This document shows positions 62,921-64,000 of a stretch of DNA of 64,000 bases, one piece after another (position 1 is the first letter of the stretch; every line of letters starts with the position of its first letter). The translations under genes and the position numbers were made by a program. This DNA is from Desulfobaccales bacterium (GTDB taxonomy: Bacteria > Desulfobacterota > Desulfobaccia > Desulfobaccales > 0-14-0-80-60-11). The notes below the pieces were generated by a model, which worked only from the letters and a program-made list of their open reading frames with translations, did not search any database and was not told where the DNA came from. The stretch lies in NCBI GenBank assembly GCA_049585595.1, contig JBAVAG010000025.1:17632-81631 (forward strand), given 5' to 3'.

Positions 62921-64000
62921 ATGCAAGGTGAGATCATCGCCACCGGCACGGAGCTGATCACCGGGCGGGTGCCAGATTTTAACGCCCGCTACGCCGCCCG
63001 GCGGCTCCACGAAGCGGGCCTGACCGTGCAGTGGCTCACCATCTTGGGGGATGAGCCGCCGCGGTTCCGAAGGATCCTGCTGCGGGCGCTGGGCCGTTCC
63101 CGGTTTATCATCATCACCGGAGGGCTGGGGGCCACCGAAGATGACGTCACCGTGGCCGCCGCCGCCGAGGCCCTGGGGTTGCCGCTCCTCCTGGACGAGG
63201 GCCTGCTGGCCCGCATCCGCCGCTCTCTGGAGGAGCGCCAAACCCCCTGGCTGGAACGCTATAGCCGCCTGGCCCTGATTCCCCGGGGCGCCGTGGTCCT
63301 GGACACAGGCTCCCTGGCCTGCTGCGGCTTTTCCCTGGAACACGGCGGCGCCCGCCTCTTTTTCCTGCCCGGGGTCCCCTCCGAGATGCAGGCCCTGTTT
63401 GACGCCTATGTGCTCCCCAGCCTGGTGGAGGGCGCCGGAGACGCGGGCGCCCTGGCTCAGCGCACCTTGCGGCTGTTCGGCATCTCCGAAACCCAGTTGC
63501 AGGAAGTAGTCTCCAAAATTCCGGAATTCCAGCAAGGCGTGCGCGTGGGTTTTTACCCCAATTTCCCCGAAAACCACCTCAGCCTGACGGTGCGCGGCCG
63601 GGACCGCAGAATTCTGGAGGAGACCCTGGACCGCCTGACCGCGGCCCTGGCCCAGGAGGTGGGCGACGTGCTCTTGGGGCCGGATGGGACGCCGCTGGAA
63701 GAGCTGGTGGGGCGCCAGTTGCGAGACCGCGGCCTCACCCTGGGCCTGGCCGAGTCCTGCACCGGCGGCCTCATCGGCCACCGCCTCACCAACGTGGCCG
63801 GCTCCTCGGATTATTTCCTGGGCGGGGTGGTCTGCTACGGCAACCAGGCTAAGATGGACCTGCTGCGGGTGGCCCCGGAGGTCCTGGCGGAATGGGGGGC
63901 GGTGAGCCCGGAGACGGCCCAGGAGATGGCCCGGGGAGCGCAGACAGCCTTCGGCGCTCACCTGGGTCTGGCGGTCACCGGCATCGCCGGCCCCAGCGGC
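62921..64000 (+). CDS. cinA: CinA (MoCF-binding domain plus PncC-type nicotinamide-nucleotide amidase), 3' end outside the window
   Basis: MQGEIIATGTELITGRVPDFNA...IIITGGLGATEDDVT...LAESCTGGLIGHRLTNVAGSSDYF...AVTGIAGPSG. The frame stays open to the window end, and the gene is absent from the ORF track. Confidence 0.85.
   Translation, partial: MQGEIIATGTELITGRVPDFNARYAARRLHEAGLTVQWLTILGDEPPRFRRILLRALGRSRFIIITGGLGATEDDVTVAAAAEALGLPLLLDEGLLARIRRSLEERQTPWLERYSRLALIPRGAVVLDTGSLACCGFSLEHGGARLFFLPGVPSEMQALFDAYVLPSLVEGAGDAGALAQRTLRLFGISETQLQEVVSKIPEFQQGVRVGFYPNFPENHLSLTVRGRDRRILEETLDRLTAALAQEVGDVLLGPDGTPLEELVGRQLRDRGLTLGLAESCTGGLIGHRLTNVAGSSDYFLGGVVCYGNQAKMDLLRVAPEVLAEWGAVSPETAQEMARGAQTAFGAHLGLAVTGIAGPSG

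Overview
This is a high-GC (about 60-65%) bacterial chromosome segment. The gene content looks like a strictly anaerobic Desulfobacterota ('deltaproteobacterial') organism that uses the acetyl-CoA pathway; that assignment is inferred from the genes alone.

From left to right the window contains:
- Two tandem c-di-GMP-I (GEMM-I)-like riboswitch units on the minus strand.
- A lipoprotein gene, a gutted HDAC gene and a histidine-kinase fragment.
- A ClC channel gene.
- A compositionally foreign tartrate dehydrogenase paired with a DASS transporter.
- A roughly 20-kb redox supercluster at 8.9-28.4 kb. It has a sigma54 promoter, a CheY-like receiver, two HdrC/half-HdrB fusions, two giant HdrA/GltD-type 'HdrL' proteins each followed by MvhD, HdrC, HdrB, MetV, MetF, a short HdrA and a 976-aa mosaic protein.
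- kdpFABC copy 1, followed by typA.
- A Mg2+ cluster: leader with terminator, HMA-like protein, mgtC, an NRAMP-related Mg2+-type transporter and a soluble MgtE_N-CBS protein.
- A second, divergent kdpFABC on the minus strand, then a PAS histidine kinase.
- Housekeeping genes: MBL hydrolase, L,D-transpeptidase, EEP nuclease, dGTPase-like protein, xerC, hslVU, argD, argF, pcnB, pgpA and cinA.

Points the ORF track misses:
- Three in-frame TGA codons in hdrL1, mvhD1 and mvhD2 align with Cys in paralogs inside this window, so they are probably selenocysteine.
- In-frame stops also occur in otherwise conserved hslV (TGA), mgtC (TGA) and kdpA (TAG).
- A 31-35% GC cassette encoding a PIN-like protein sits exactly between hslV and hslU and appears to carry its own hslV 3' end.
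- A 118-bp direct repeat of the typA 3' end, with a 51-bp perfect core, brackets about 26 kb.
- IS3-type transposase relics flank the hdr-met cluster.
- A 198-bp MITE-like family and several hairpin and heptamer repeat families are present.

No rRNA, tRNA or CRISPR array was seen. All family calls come from reading motifs by eye; no searches were run.
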